A stretch of 64,000 nucleotides of DNA from Armatimonadota bacterium (GTDB taxonomy: Bacteria; Armatimonadota; HRBIN16): positions 64,001-128,000 of the forward strand of contig OY781964.1 of assembly GCA_963677485.1 (NCBI GenBank), written 5' to 3'. Both the position numbers and the translations under genes were made by a program. The notes under the pieces are model-generated. The model was given only the letters and a program-made list of their open reading frames with translations, was not told the origin of the DNA and did no database searches. Of this stretch, positions 41,445 through 51,815 are shown piece by piece; the stretch's first letter is position 1, and each line of letters starts with the position of its first letter.

Positions 41445-42331
41445 TAGTTGGCTCCCCCCTCTTTGCCTTTCAGCAACGGCCAACCGGCCGCCTCACGGCG
41501 TTCTATCCACTTCATACAGCAGGTGCGGCTCAGCGCGCGGATGCGGTTAATGAAGCTGGCTCGCTCGGTTACCGAGATACTGCCGCGGGCATCGAGAAGG
41601 TTGAAGACGTGGCTGGTCTTCAGCGCGAGGTCGAAAGCCGGGTAAACCCTGCCCTCAGCACACACACGCTTACTCTCCGATTCAAACTGGTCGAACATGC
41701 CAAACAGCACGTCGGTATTGGCGATTTCAAAGTTGTAGAAGTTGTTGTCCACTTCGGCCTCAAACTCCACATCGCCGTAAGTCACGCCATGCGCCCATTC
41801 CAGTTCCCAAATGCTGTTGGCCTTCTGCAGGCACATCGCCAGGCGCTCTGTTCCGTAGGTAATCTCAGAACAGACCGGCTTGCATTCGACGCCGCCCATC
41901 TGCTGGAAGAAGGTAAACTGGGTGATTTCAGTGCCGTCAAGCCACACTTCCCAGCCTACACCAGAGGCGCCAAGCGTCGGAGCCTCCCAGTCGTCCTCGA
42001 CCAGCCGAATATCGTGCTGCAGTGGGTCAATGCCCAGCGCACGCAGGCTGTCCATGTAGAGGTCCACGATGTTATCAGGCGCGGGTTTCATGATGACTTG
42101 ATATTGATAGTAATGCTGCACGCGCATGGGGTTGCGGCCGTAACGGCCATCCGCTGGGCGGCGTGAGGGCTGCACATAAGCCACATTCCACGGCTCGGGT
42201 CCGAGGCTTCGCAGCGTGGTGTATGGTGAGTTGGTTCCAGCACCGACCTCCACATCATACGGTTGCATGATGAGGCAGCCTTGCTTGGACCAATAGTTCT
42301 CTAAAGTGAGTAGCAGGTCCTGGAAGGTCAT
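41444..42331 (-). CDS. glyQ: Glycine--tRNA ligase alpha subunit
   Basis: [44 protein letters not shown]. Confidence 0.98.
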   Translation of the reverse strand: MTFQDLLLTLENYWSKQGCLIMQPYDVEVGAGTNSPYTTLRSLGPEPWNVAYVQPSRRPADGRYGRNPMRVQHYYQYQVIMKPAPDNIVDLYMDSLRALGIDPLQHDIRLVEDDWEAPTLGASGVGWEVWLDGTEITQFTFFQQMGGVECKPVCSEITYGTERLAMCLQKANSIWELEWAHGVTYGDVEFEAEVDNNFYNFEIANTDVLFGMFDQFESESKRVCAEGRVYPAFDLALKTSHVFNLLDARGSISVTERASFINRIRALSRTCCMKWIERREAAGWPLLKGKEGGAN

Positions 42332-42594
42332 TTTTCCACCTTGATGTTTTGATGTGGATTCCCCGGTTTGCCGGAGGCGAATCGGGACGGCAGGAAAACA
42401 CGTTCATCTTCCTGCGCACAGTAATATTGTAACAGCCTTGCCGATTTCTCTGCGGGTTGTGAGTAACGCTGTGGGGGCGTCTATCCAATTGGCTGCATGG
42501 ATAGGCGATGAGGCGAGCCCATGCAGTTGCCCTGCGCCTGCATGCGGGCAGCGAACGGAGGCTAGCAGCCTGCGAGCTACACCTGTGGCCCTTG

Positions 42595-42829
42595 GCGACG
42601 GGTTCGGCGGCCTGTCCGTGACTTCGTCCCGGTACGGGCACTGTCACCCATCGCTGATCAGTATCGGCCCGCGTGCCGGCGAGCGTCGGCGAGGGAGCCC
42701 CTGCGCCGGCCGGAGCGAAGCGACGCCGGCCGCTAATGATCAGCCGCGCGGTGCAGGAACCCGCACTGGACGCAGTTCCCGGAGCGTCAGCTCCCGGAAC
42801 ATAGTCGTGTGGGTGACTAAACCCGCGGC
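42595..42829. repeat. Structured repeat element, copy B
   Basis: 47-bp core 42699-42745 identical to 31768-31814; same arms. Confidence 0.8.
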
Positions 42830-42988
42830 AGCTTGGCGCTTGTGTATAAATGCCTCCACCCGACCGGCGAGTCGCGGCCGTTACCCCTCCGCGCCTTTGT
42901 GCCCTTTGCATCCCTTGCGCCTTTGCGTTGTGATCCCATCCGGCAACAGAACAGCCACCAGTGTGGAAGGACGATCCGCAAACTACCC

Positions 42989-43756
42989 CTACTCCACCTC
43001 GTAGGTAGCATTCACCGTCACGGTGGTGACCATCTCACCTGGCTGAATGGTGATCTGCTCAGATGAATCATCTGGACCGCCACTGCTAGCAGGAGCCGAA
43101 TAAAGAGCGTTAGCACCGAGGGACAAGCCGTAAGGCTCCTCCTCACTACACGACACTAGCCGCCCCACTTTTCCACCCAATGACGATGCCAAATCGGCGG
43201 CCTTCTTGTGAGCGGCCGCTGCGGCCTTCGCACGGCCTTCGGCACGAATCTTGCCCATATCCTCAACCGAGTATTCCAGCTCGTTCACGATGTTAGCACC
43301 GGCACCCACGGCAGCATCAATGATGTCAGCCGCCTTTGGGATGTCACGAATCCGCACATGAAGCATCTCTTTCGCGTGCCAGTTGCCGGTGTTCTTACCT
43401 GTCTTGCCATTCACCTCTGCCGTCATCGAGAACTCAGAGGTCTGAACATCCTTCTCCGCAACCCCTGCCGATTTCAACACCTGTAATACCTTCGCACTGG
43501 TGCTTCTGACAAACCCCTGTACCGCCTTCGCCGATTTATCTGACTGCGAAACACCCAGATTGACCTCCACAAGCTCAGGTTTCGTTCGGACGACACAAGT
43601 GCCCGTAACCGTCACGCCTCTTGGGTTGCCATCACCAAGCCGTGACGCTGCTCCACCGCTTCGGTTCGCCTTCCCAAGGCCCACCAGCGCGACCACGGCC
43701 ATGACCACTAACGACACATACAGAAAGCGAATCAACGACTTCTGAAACTCAGCCAT
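42989..43756 (-). CDS. SIMPL (DUF541/YggE) domain protein
   Basis: VTVTG...PE...V.LGV, DVQTS, AGAN.V, KA..LA..LG..G, I.PGE......V...Y. Confidence 0.85.
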   Translation of the reverse strand: MAEFQKSLIRFLYVSLVVMAVVALVGLGKANRSGGAASRLGDGNPRGVTVTGTCVVRTKPELVEVNLGVSQSDKSAKAVQGFVRSTSAKVLQVLKSAGVAEKDVQTSEFSMTAEVNGKTGKNTGNWHAKEMLHVRIRDIPKAADIIDAAVGAGANIVNELEYSVEDMGKIRAEGRAKAAAAAHKKAADLASSLGGKVGRLVSCSEEEPYGLSLGANALYSAPASSGGPDDSSEQITIQPGEMVTTVTVNATYEVE

Positions 43757-43970
43757 TTCTCTTCTCCTTATCCTTATCGCATTGCAGTTGTGATGTTACA
43801 GGAATCCATTACCACAGATTCCCATTCATATATAGACGTTATTATCATAACTATTTGTTCCCGTCTCCTTTTCTCCTTCTCTCCTCCCCTCCTCCCCCGC
43901 AGTCTTGCGATTTGCTACCAAGAATGACATGCTATTAATAGCATCCAACTATCCAAAGGGGGATCACCCT

Positions 43971-45392
43971 GTGAATCGACGCCGGTTTATCAACGGATCC
44001 GCAATGACGATGGCCGCGCTCTCTGCTGTACCGGCAGCCATGTCTGCGGCAGATCAAAGTCAGGATCAAAAGACCAGCACTTCAATCGATCATACCAATA
44101 AGGTGAAACACGACATGCAAGACCCAATATCGCCAGAACAGCAAAGATACCGTACGATGCTCACCAAGTATGCCACCGCGAACTGCACCAAGATGCTTCG
44201 TGAGCCGATTGGCGTGCTGAAGCATCCGTTCATAGTGCCAGGCAGCGTCTACCAAGATAACCTGTGGGACTGGGACTCCTGGCTAGCCGATGTGGCCATC
44301 AGCCAGCTGGTGGTCGATTCGCCGAAACTTGATAAGGACCTGCTGAGTAAATACGAAAAAGGCAGTATCCTGAACTTCCTGGAGGCCACCGACGACGACG
44401 GCTGGATGCCCATCTGCATCAGTGTCGGCGGATTTGGCGAGATATTTGAGAAGAAAGGTGACGGCTCCCTGGCGAATATGCACAAGCCTGTCATCGCCCA
44501 GCACGCCGCGTTCATCGTCAAAGCACACAACAACGATGCGGAGTGGCTGCGACCTCTGGTCGGCAAACTTGAGGCATTTCTTGGCGCATACGAGCGAAAC
44601 TTTAAACATGCAAAAACTGGACTGTACTACTGGAAGAACGACCTGGCCATCGGCGTGGACAACGACCCAAGCGTCTACTTCCGCCCGCCGAACAGTTGCG
44701 GTTCGATCTACCTGAACTGCCTGATGGTCAAAGAGATGCTGGCGATGGGTTACATTGCTGAAGTTCTAGGAACCGGTACTGCCACCACCTGGCGCCGTAA
44801 AGCCGATGCATTGAAAGCATCAATCAATGAGCACTGCTGGGATGAGCGGGACGGCAGCTACTACAGCGTAGACCTAAACCTGCTGCCCAACGAAAACATC
44901 AAGGGCCTGCATGAAAATCTGCCCCGCGACTGGGACTGCCTGATCATGCGCATCGATGCATGGAGCAACTTCATGGCGTTATGGGCCGGAGTGGCCAGCA
45001 CGGAGCATGCGGCACGTGTGGTGCTTCACGCCCGAAACACCCACACATTCAACGCACCATACGGCATACGGACACTCAGCAAGATGGAAAAGATGTATAA
45101 CCTAAAGGCAAGTGGCAACCCAAGTAACTGGCTGGGGCCGATCTGGGGCATCGCCAACTACATGACCTTCCGCGGTCTGGCTGATTACGGCTACACGGAA
45201 GACGCTGCTGAGATCGCACAGAAGACCATCAACCTGTTTGGCCGCGATTACGAGCAGTTCGGCTCGCTGCATGAGTATTACAACCCCGACACCGGCGAAG
45301 CCATCCTCAACGCCAACTTCCAGAACTGGAACCTGTTGGTGTTGAACATGATCGCCTGGCTGGAAGGCCGACGCATCGTTCGCGAGTTCTAG
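43971..45392 (+). CDS. Tat-exported six-hairpin glycoside hydrolase (trehalase/GH63 MGH1-like)
   Basis: NRRRFI Tat motif; LWDWDSW, GVDNDP, NWLGPIW, LHEYYNPDTG. Confidence 0.85.
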   Translation: MNRRRFINGSAMTMAALSAVPAAMSAADQSQDQKTSTSIDHTNKVKHDMQDPISPEQQRYRTMLTKYATANCTKMLREPIGVLKHPFIVPGSVYQDNLWDWDSWLADVAISQLVVDSPKLDKDLLSKYEKGSILNFLEATDDDGWMPICISVGGFGEIFEKKGDGSLANMHKPVIAQHAAFIVKAHNNDAEWLRPLVGKLEAFLGAYERNFKHAKTGLYYWKNDLAIGVDNDPSVYFRPPNSCGSIYLNCLMVKEMLAMGYIAEVLGTGTATTWRRKADALKASINEHCWDERDGSYYSVDLNLLPNENIKGLHENLPRDWDCLIMRIDAWSNFMALWAGVASTEHAARVVLHARNTHTFNAPYGIRTLSKMEKMYNLKASGNPSNWLGPIWGIANYMTFRGLADYGYTEDAAEIAQKTINLFGRDYEQFGSLHEYYNPDTGEAILNANFQNWNLLVLNMIAWLEGRRIVREF

Positions 45393-45418
45393 CTTCAGCC
45401 AGCACTCGCTGCTAAGAC

Positions 45419-46160
45419 ATAGGGGTAGGGAGAACTTTCGTTCCCCCTCCCTCCGAACCGTGCGTGCGGTTCTCCCGCACACGGCTCTCCAGTTGGTAGT
45501 GTTACCTCATTTGAGGATTGGTGATTCTTTGCACAGGATGTTTGTAGTGTAAACACCTATACTCAGCATTGAAGGCGACAGCCTTCTTTGCCCCCATATG
45601 ATGGGGCACCAACATCCGATTTGTCCAGTCCACCGATGGCTGAGCAGTCGCCTGCTAGTTGTTTCCGCTTGTTTAGCCTTTTTTTAGGCACTTCTCGCGC
45701 GGAGCTATATTCGGTGGCTGAGACTTCACGGATCTACCTTCCTGCGCTCCCTTGGCTCCACATCCATTACAGACGCTTCAACGCTACTATGGGCGCTCTG
45801 ACTTCTGCCTGCAACGAACTTACTATCGCCACTACTGCAGGCAGATCTCCCTGCTTCACTTACGCGACCTCTTGTGACCATTCCATCCCCAAGCACCTCG
45901 CAACCCCCATCACTGCTCTATACGCTCACTCTCAAGCATAACAGGCACTGTTTTCACAGCACAAACTTCACCATTCCTACGCTGGCTCGTTGGTTCTACG
46001 CGGCCGAAACGGGTTCGTTATCCTACGGACTGGTCACTCGCCAACAGTTGCTCTCCACCCCACCTCGCGGTGACGCAGTTACTGCCGACTACAAGGCCAG
46101 AGTTGGCGTGGCCTCGAAGAGGAATTGCACCTCTTTGTTCGCGTACGCTTGCAGGCGCAC
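45419..46160 (-). mobile_element. ORF-less group II intron (742 nt)
   Basis: 5' GTGCGCC; D5 GAGCCGTGTGCGGGAGAACCGCACGCACGGTTC; D6 ending CCCCTAT; D4 reduced to ~220 nt with a decayed IEP C-terminal remnant. Confidence 0.9.
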
Positions 46161-48008
46161 ATAGGGGTAGGGAGAGCTTTCGCTCCCCCTCCCTCCGAAC
46201 CGTGCGTGCGGTTCTCCCGCACACGGCTCTCCAGTTGGTAGTATTACCTTTCTAAGGATTGGCGATACTTCTCACAAGCTGTATGTAGTGAAAACAGCCC
46301 GTGATGCTCAAAGAAGGCGTTCGGCCATATGTTGTGGTCAATTCCACGACCTACACCGCGGCGTCCGTCACGACCACGTAATATACTACGTAACCGCATA
46401 CGTATCCATCCATCCAAGTCCCTAAATATACGACCATCGCAGTATTTGAAGTATCCAAACCAGCCTCTGGTGCTCATGTTTAAGTCATGGATGATGGCCT
46501 GCAGGCTGCGGCCATTTGCGCGTGGGGTCTTTTCGCGGATCGTATCCTTTAGCTTCTTGAGGCTCTTGTCACGAACATTCAGGTATTTACCTTTTTCGAA
46601 ACGAAAGCCCAAGAACTCAAAGGGCTCGATCAGAGCGTCTACGATCCGAGTCTTTACCGGGTGAAGGGTAAGACCAGCTCTTGTCGTCCAGTCTCCCAAC
46701 TTCTGCAAGGCTGCCTCAGCATCTTCCTGGCTTTTGCACAATATCACCAGATCATCGGCGTACCGAACCATCTCTATACCCAGCTCTTCCATCATATGGT
46801 CAAGTGGGTCTAGATAGATATTCGCCAGCAGTGGACTTATCACTGCCCCCTGCGGCGTCCCTTCATCAGGACGCCATTCTGCCACGGTGTCGATAACCCC
46901 CTGGCCTAAGTATGACTTCAGTAAAGACAACACCTTACCATCAGACACCTTGCTCTCCACGAGTGAGAGCAGAGCTGCATGGGGTATCGTGTCAAAGTAG
47001 CTCCTAATGTCAGCATCTACAACGTAGGTGTAACCCTGTTCTAGTAGTGCTGACACACGGCCGATGGCGTGATGGCAACCTAACCCCGGACGGAAACCAT
47101 AACTCCTGTCGGAGAAGTCCCGCTCGAAGATCGGCTCAAGCACGTTCCTCAGTGCCGTTTGAACTACCCTGTCTCTGACTGTAGGTATCCCAAGTGGTCG
47201 CTTTTCTTTGCTTCCGGGCTTGGGTATCCATACTCGCAGTATCGATTGGGGGTAATAGATACCCTCAATCAGCCATGTATGTATCTCTTGAAGATTGGCC
47301 TCAAGATGTTTCCCGAAATGAGCCACACTCTGGTGGTCTACACCGGCACTACCCTTATTTGCTTTCACTCGCGTGAAGGCATCCATCAGGTTTTGCATGG
47401 AGCAGACCTTGTCCATCAGGCTATACCATTTACCTCCATTGACCCCCTCGTCGAGGGCAGCCAACATTCGCCTCGTCCAGACAGCCGGTAGCATAACAGG
47501 GTCAGTGCTTGCTGCTCCCGCGTGGTTAGTCCCTCTAGACACTAGCGCGGGTAACTGTTCCTTTATCTTCACTTGGCGAATCTACCTTCCTGCGCTCCCT
47601 TGGCTCCACATCCATTACAGACGCTTCAACGCTACTATGGGCGCTCTGACTTCTGCCTGCAACGAACTTATTATCGCCACTACTGCAGGCAGATCTCCCT
47701 GCTTCACTTACGCGACCTCTTGTGACCATTCCATCCCCAAGCACCTCGCAACCCCCATCACTGCTCTATACGCTCACTCTCAAGCATGACAGGCACTGTT
47801 TTCACAGCACAAACTTCGCCATTCCTACGCAGGCTCGTTGGTTCTACGCGGCCGAAACGGGTTTGTTATTCTACGGACTGGTCACTCGCCAACAGTTGCT
47901 CTCCACCCCACCTCGCGGTGACGCAGTTACTGCCGACTACAAGGCCAGAGTTGGCGTGGCCTCGAAGAGGAATTGCACCTCTTTGTTCGCGTACGCTTGC
48001 AGGCGCAC
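46161..48008 (-). mobile_element. Full-length group II intron (1848 nt) with RT/maturase
   Basis: 5' GTGCGCC at 48008; identical D5; 3' CCCCTAT at 46161; IEP in D4. Confidence 0.95.
46244..47572 (-). CDS. ltrA: Group II intron reverse transcriptase/maturase (no endonuclease domain)
   Basis: GSAGVD, RPLGIPTVRDR, SYGFRPG, GTPQGAVISPLLANIYL, RYADD, FLGF, X-domain GWFGYF. Confidence 0.95.
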   Translation of the reverse strand: MKIKEQLPALVSRGTNHAGAASTDPVMLPAVWTRRMLAALDEGVNGGKWYSLMDKVCSMQNLMDAFTRVKANKGSAGVDHQSVAHFGKHLEANLQEIHTWLIEGIYYPQSILRVWIPKPGSKEKRPLGIPTVRDRVVQTALRNVLEPIFERDFSDRSYGFRPGLGCHHAIGRVSALLEQGYTYVVDADIRSYFDTIPHAALLSLVESKVSDGKVLSLLKSYLGQGVIDTVAEWRPDEGTPQGAVISPLLANIYLDPLDHMMEELGIEMVRYADDLVILCKSQEDAEAALQKLGDWTTRAGLTLHPVKTRIVDALIEPFEFLGFRFEKGKYLNVRDKSLKKLKDTIREKTPRANGRSLQAIIHDLNMSTRGWFGYFKYCDGRIFRDLDGWIRMRLRSILRGRDGRRGVGRGIDHNIWPNAFFEHHGLFSLHTACEKYRQSLER

Positions 48009-48123
48009 GTAGGGGTGCCCCTTGTGGGCACCCTAATCGTTGCCGGTCATCGATATTGTGTCGGCTATATCGCCCATTCAACGGTTGACATTGTGCTAGG
48101 GTGCCTACAAGAGACGCCCTTAC
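48009..48123. repeat. Inverted pair of GTAG-type REPs (intron insertion site)
   Basis: GTAGGGGTGCCCCTTGTGGGCACCCTA at 48009-48035 and a degenerate inverted copy at 48097-48123. Confidence 0.8.
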
Positions 48124-48156
48124 GGCCAACGAAAATACCGAACATGCCCACTTGCA

Positions 48157-49359
48157 TCACTTCCCCGGCTTCTTCGCTTCCTTCGCCATCACGCCTTTCA
48201 GGGACAGCTCACGTATGGCGATATCACCTCGGAAAGGCGATTTCAGCTCCCAACCGATGTTGAAGTGTGAGATCTTGAAGCCAGACAGATCAGGCTTCAC
48301 GTCAAGAAAGGCCTGTTTCTGCGTTTGCATCGCCAGGAGGGCCTTGCGAGCGACCTCCAAAACATCAATGCTGATCTCAGTTTCTTTCCCAGCCGCAAAG
48401 GCATCCAGCCTGGCTAGATAGTCTTTACCCAGCACCGTCAGGTAACTCAGCCCATAGGCAAAGGACTCACCATCGGACATCACCAAATCCGTACTGTAAT
48501 TGACGGGTAAAGGGTAGGGCAAAAAGTCATCATAAACCTGGCACCCGAGCCAGAAGGTCTTGCCAAAGTTGCTGGGCAGAGCCGTATCTCCTTTGCGGCA
48601 ATCAACCACCTTGAACCAAAGGAAAAAGCCATTCCGGTTGTAAAGCCCCCTCCAGTTCGCAATCTGATCGCCCTTGTATTGGCTGCTCAGGTTCTCAGCA
48701 CAAATCAACCTGAGTTTGACCTTAAGCTTAAGTGACTGGAGGGTATTGAGAGCAGGGAAGGTGCTGGCATACTCCTCGGCAACACCAATCCGCACCTTGC
48801 GGTCGCGGTAAGGGAAGAAGTCGTGATATAGAAGATAGTGCGGTCGTAATGACTCCATGCGTTCATAGGAGATAGGCTCATGGTTGAACATAGCAAGTGA
48901 GTCGATACCCATCTGCAGCTCTGGCTGTCCTTTACTGTCGACAATCACACGCATAGATTCGTATTCGCTTTGCCATAAGGCTTCACGTTTAGTCGATATC
49001 TTACGGTCACTCTCCGAAAGGCTTTTTACACAATACCACTGGGCCACCGACCCGAAAGGCTGCTGGCCAGTGGCCTTTATCGGTTTTAACTGGTTGAAAT
49101 CTGTGAAGGGCATCTCTCGGGCTATCATGGGTGGAGAAACCATAAATCCGCGCAGGAATGCATCAGCTGGGAAGAATTCAACCGCCGTTTCGGCTTTGGC
49201 GGCCGCAGCCAGCTTCGCACGGCCTTTGTCTGGTTGGCTTTGATTGGCCTGCTGGTTCTGCTTAGGCGTGGTGGGTATATCGGCAACAGCACTTGCTACA
49301 TGGCTGAGCCCTAACGCCAAAATCGTCCATGCATACAACTCGTATTTCCCTAAGCGCAC
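48157..49359 (-). CDS. Secreted hypothetical protein
   Basis: 400-aa ORF, signal peptide, RBS GGAGAG. Confidence 0.7.
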   Translation of the reverse strand: MRLGKYELYAWTILALGLSHVASAVADIPTTPKQNQQANQSQPDKGRAKLAAAAKAETAVEFFPADAFLRGFMVSPPMIAREMPFTDFNQLKPIKATGQQPFGSVAQWYCVKSLSESDRKISTKREALWQSEYESMRVIVDSKGQPELQMGIDSLAMFNHEPISYERMESLRPHYLLYHDFFPYRDRKVRIGVAEEYASTFPALNTLQSLKLKVKLRLICAENLSSQYKGDQIANWRGLYNRNGFFLWFKVVDCRKGDTALPSNFGKTFWLGCQVYDDFLPYPLPVNYSTDLVMSDGESFAYGLSYLTVLGKDYLARLDAFAAGKETEISIDVLEVARKALLAMQTQKQAFLDVKPDLSGFKISHFNIGWELKSPFRGDIAIRELSLKGVMAKEAKKPGK

Positions 49360-49947
49360 TGTGAACTCTCCTTATTTCAACGAACACTTCATTTTGATCT
49401 ACACACTCTGAACCATCAGTATCCATAATATCTAGCTTCAGTGACTGGCATCTTCGTACCGCCCAGCTTTATGCCCGACTAACAACCAGCACAGACAGTC
49501 CAAGCTGACATCTATGCTCTTTTGGACAAGAATGGTTGAATCCATGCGATCCCGTAAAAGTCTGCCTATCCTGTGTTGTGCCGATGATACCGGTCTGGCC
49601 AGGGGCGGCTCCATTAAAATAGGATCGTCCGCTGGGAAATCGCCGCTGCGCACCTACTGCCTACCAGCATCACCAGAGAACACAAGCATATCCCAAGTCC
49701 GAGCGTCATTTGTATCATACTTCCCTCGAATCGCAACTATTAGTGATTGGAATTTCATCTCGATGTCATTGCTGGTTGGTTGAACCCGATTTGTGTCAAG
49801 CCGAAGTCGGTGTAGAGCACCATTTCACATCGTGCTGGCGAATTTCAAGCGACGCTTTGAAAAGCCACCTATTCCAAGCTATGTATGGACATATTCGCCC
49901 ATGAGCCTGCATTCACCGTTTCATCGTGCGCCAGCAGGTTAGGCTGA

Positions 49948-51780
49948 TCATTCGGTCGCGCCGTATTTCAGAAGCTCGCTGACGACATTTTTATGTTCAG
50001 AGGTAAGCTGTGCGTAATGTAGAGGTGTGAAGCCTTTCGCATCTCTCGCATTGATATCAGCTCCAGCATCCACCAGTAAACTAATCCACGCCACTGCACT
50101 TCGACGCACCGCACCAAACATCAGCGTTTCACCATTGGTATTGCGCGCATTTATGTGATAACCGACTCGTTTCATGGTATCTAAGAGACTGCTCGATGCA
50201 CCTTCTACTAGGGCATAATACGCCATTGTTTCGCCAGAGGAGTTTTTGGAATATAGATCCGCACCTTTCTTTACGAGGAGTTCTGCTACATCGCTGTTGG
50301 TGCCACGCACCGCCCAGGAAAGCGGCGTTCGACCCTCGTTATCCCGGGCACTGATATCTGCTCCCATGTCGAGCATTCTCTGGATCGTTGGCACATCTGC
50401 CGACATAGCAGCAATGCCAAATGACGTGATACCATTATCATCTTTTGCATTCACATCCGCACCTTTTGATAGCAACTCATCTACAAGTTCTTTCCAGCTA
50501 TATAAAGAGGCCTCATGTAAGGGGGTCGAATTCGCAAGGTAGTCATTTCTACTGTTCACCAACGAAGGATCGATTTTCAAGAGCTGTTGAAACCTGGGTC
50601 GGTTATTCTGCTCAATCGCCCTAAAGAACTCCAGAATCAATGCCTTTTTACGCGGATATAAATTGAGTGTCTTAATCAGCTTTCCAGAAGCGGTGTTGTA
50701 TATGGAGAGCGTTTGAGTGTATCTCACTAGAGCCATGCCCTTCCATATCCGCTGCCCAAATTTTGTGGGAATCACCTTACGTTGCCCTTTAGGCACGGTC
50801 ACCAGGTAATTCTGTCTGATGACCTTGTCTGTTTTGGAATGAGTGTCAATATTGACAAGAAGGGTATTTCCAGTAGCCGGTATTGACACTTGCGATGATT
50901 GGTCGTATTGACTCCAATCCCCCGGAAGGATAGATTCCATCTTGCTGCGAATGTCAAAGACATGGAGACGTTGGGCACCTTCTTTATCGGGATTTCCAAG
51001 TATTATATATTGGCTGTTCAACACACCGAGCGGGTAGAAACCGGGCGAGAGCTTAGCAAAACCTCGGGTAATACTGCCGTCTGCACTAAGCTCCATAAGC
51101 ACCGTTTGGGGTGGCACGCTACCTTGTCGATTCTTTGAATCAATTGTGTAAAGAAGCAGTTTATGACCGAACTGAACAAGACGTGGTATCGAATACCAAT
51201 AAACATATCCAGCATAATTGCCAGGAAAATCCAGCCTCCTGAGTAAGTCAATGGAGGGCTTAGAACCGACACGAATTCGCACCAAATGCTGTGCAGTGAT
51301 CGGCCGTACAGAGGGGCCATTCTCACGCCAGCTTAAAATAGCCAGCGCTGGTTGCCCCTGGGGAATAATGTTGCCAAGAAAAAGCGATAGACCACCAGCA
51401 CTGTGGTGCATGAATCTCATTTGGTTTGCATCTGCATGGTCGCGCCATAACTTGTCGTTATCAAGCCATTGGTCGGCAAACTTATCCAAAGAGAGTGTGG
51501 CTACAGCTTTATTCTTATAGGAAACAATGAGGTCGGACTTCCAATAACCATTAACAATTTCCAGCCCATACCCACCGGATAATCGGACCGGATCAGCGTT
51601 ACCCGATGAATCCGCACTACTAAGCCCATCCTCCAGCAGGATGCGATCTCCCCCGCTCACAAGGTAGACCCTCTTGCCGGCATTCTCAACGCGAACTTGC
51701 TTGAACGCAGAGCCTGCGGTTGCAGACCATGCAATCAGCAACATGCAAGTGATAGATAGCAAAATCTTTACCCTACACAT
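49948..51780 (-). CDS. Secreted protein with C-terminal ankyrin repeats
   Basis: Signal peptide; TPLHEA..LL.KGADVNAKD.G repeats. Confidence 0.85.
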   Translation of the reverse strand: MCRVKILLSITCMLLIAWSATAGSAFKQVRVENAGKRVYLVSGGDRILLEDGLSSADSSGNADPVRLSGGYGLEIVNGYWKSDLIVSYKNKAVATLSLDKFADQWLDNDKLWRDHADANQMRFMHHSAGGLSLFLGNIIPQGQPALAILSWRENGPSVRPITAQHLVRIRVGSKPSIDLLRRLDFPGNYAGYVYWYSIPRLVQFGHKLLLYTIDSKNRQGSVPPQTVLMELSADGSITRGFAKLSPGFYPLGVLNSQYIILGNPDKEGAQRLHVFDIRSKMESILPGDWSQYDQSSQVSIPATGNTLLVNIDTHSKTDKVIRQNYLVTVPKGQRKVIPTKFGQRIWKGMALVRYTQTLSIYNTASGKLIKTLNLYPRKKALILEFFRAIEQNNRPRFQQLLKIDPSLVNSRNDYLANSTPLHEASLYSWKELVDELLSKGADVNAKDDNGITSFGIAAMSADVPTIQRMLDMGADISARDNEGRTPLSWAVRGTNSDVAELLVKKGADLYSKNSSGETMAYYALVEGASSSLLDTMKRVGYHINARNTNGETLMFGAVRRSAVAWISLLVDAGADINARDAKGFTPLHYAQLTSEHKNVVSELLKYGATE

Positions 51781-51815
51781 TTTGAGCCTCCTGGCGTGGT
51801 ATTCATCGGTATTGA

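Noticed and set aside
42332-42988. T-box riboswitch upstream of glyQ
   Set aside because: No T-box antiterminator consensus found. AAGGTGG next to the start is the RBS, and the region is explained by repeats.
45419-48008. DGR, retron or defence RT system
   Set aside because: The RT has YADD and a maturase X domain and lies inside canonical intron ends. The duplicated region is ribozyme, not a TR/VR pair with a target gene.
49400-49940. Gene between the ankyrin protein and the 400-aa secreted protein
   Set aside because: Only short fragments, including a signal-peptide-like start near 49718 that stops early. Possibly a relic, but not supportable.
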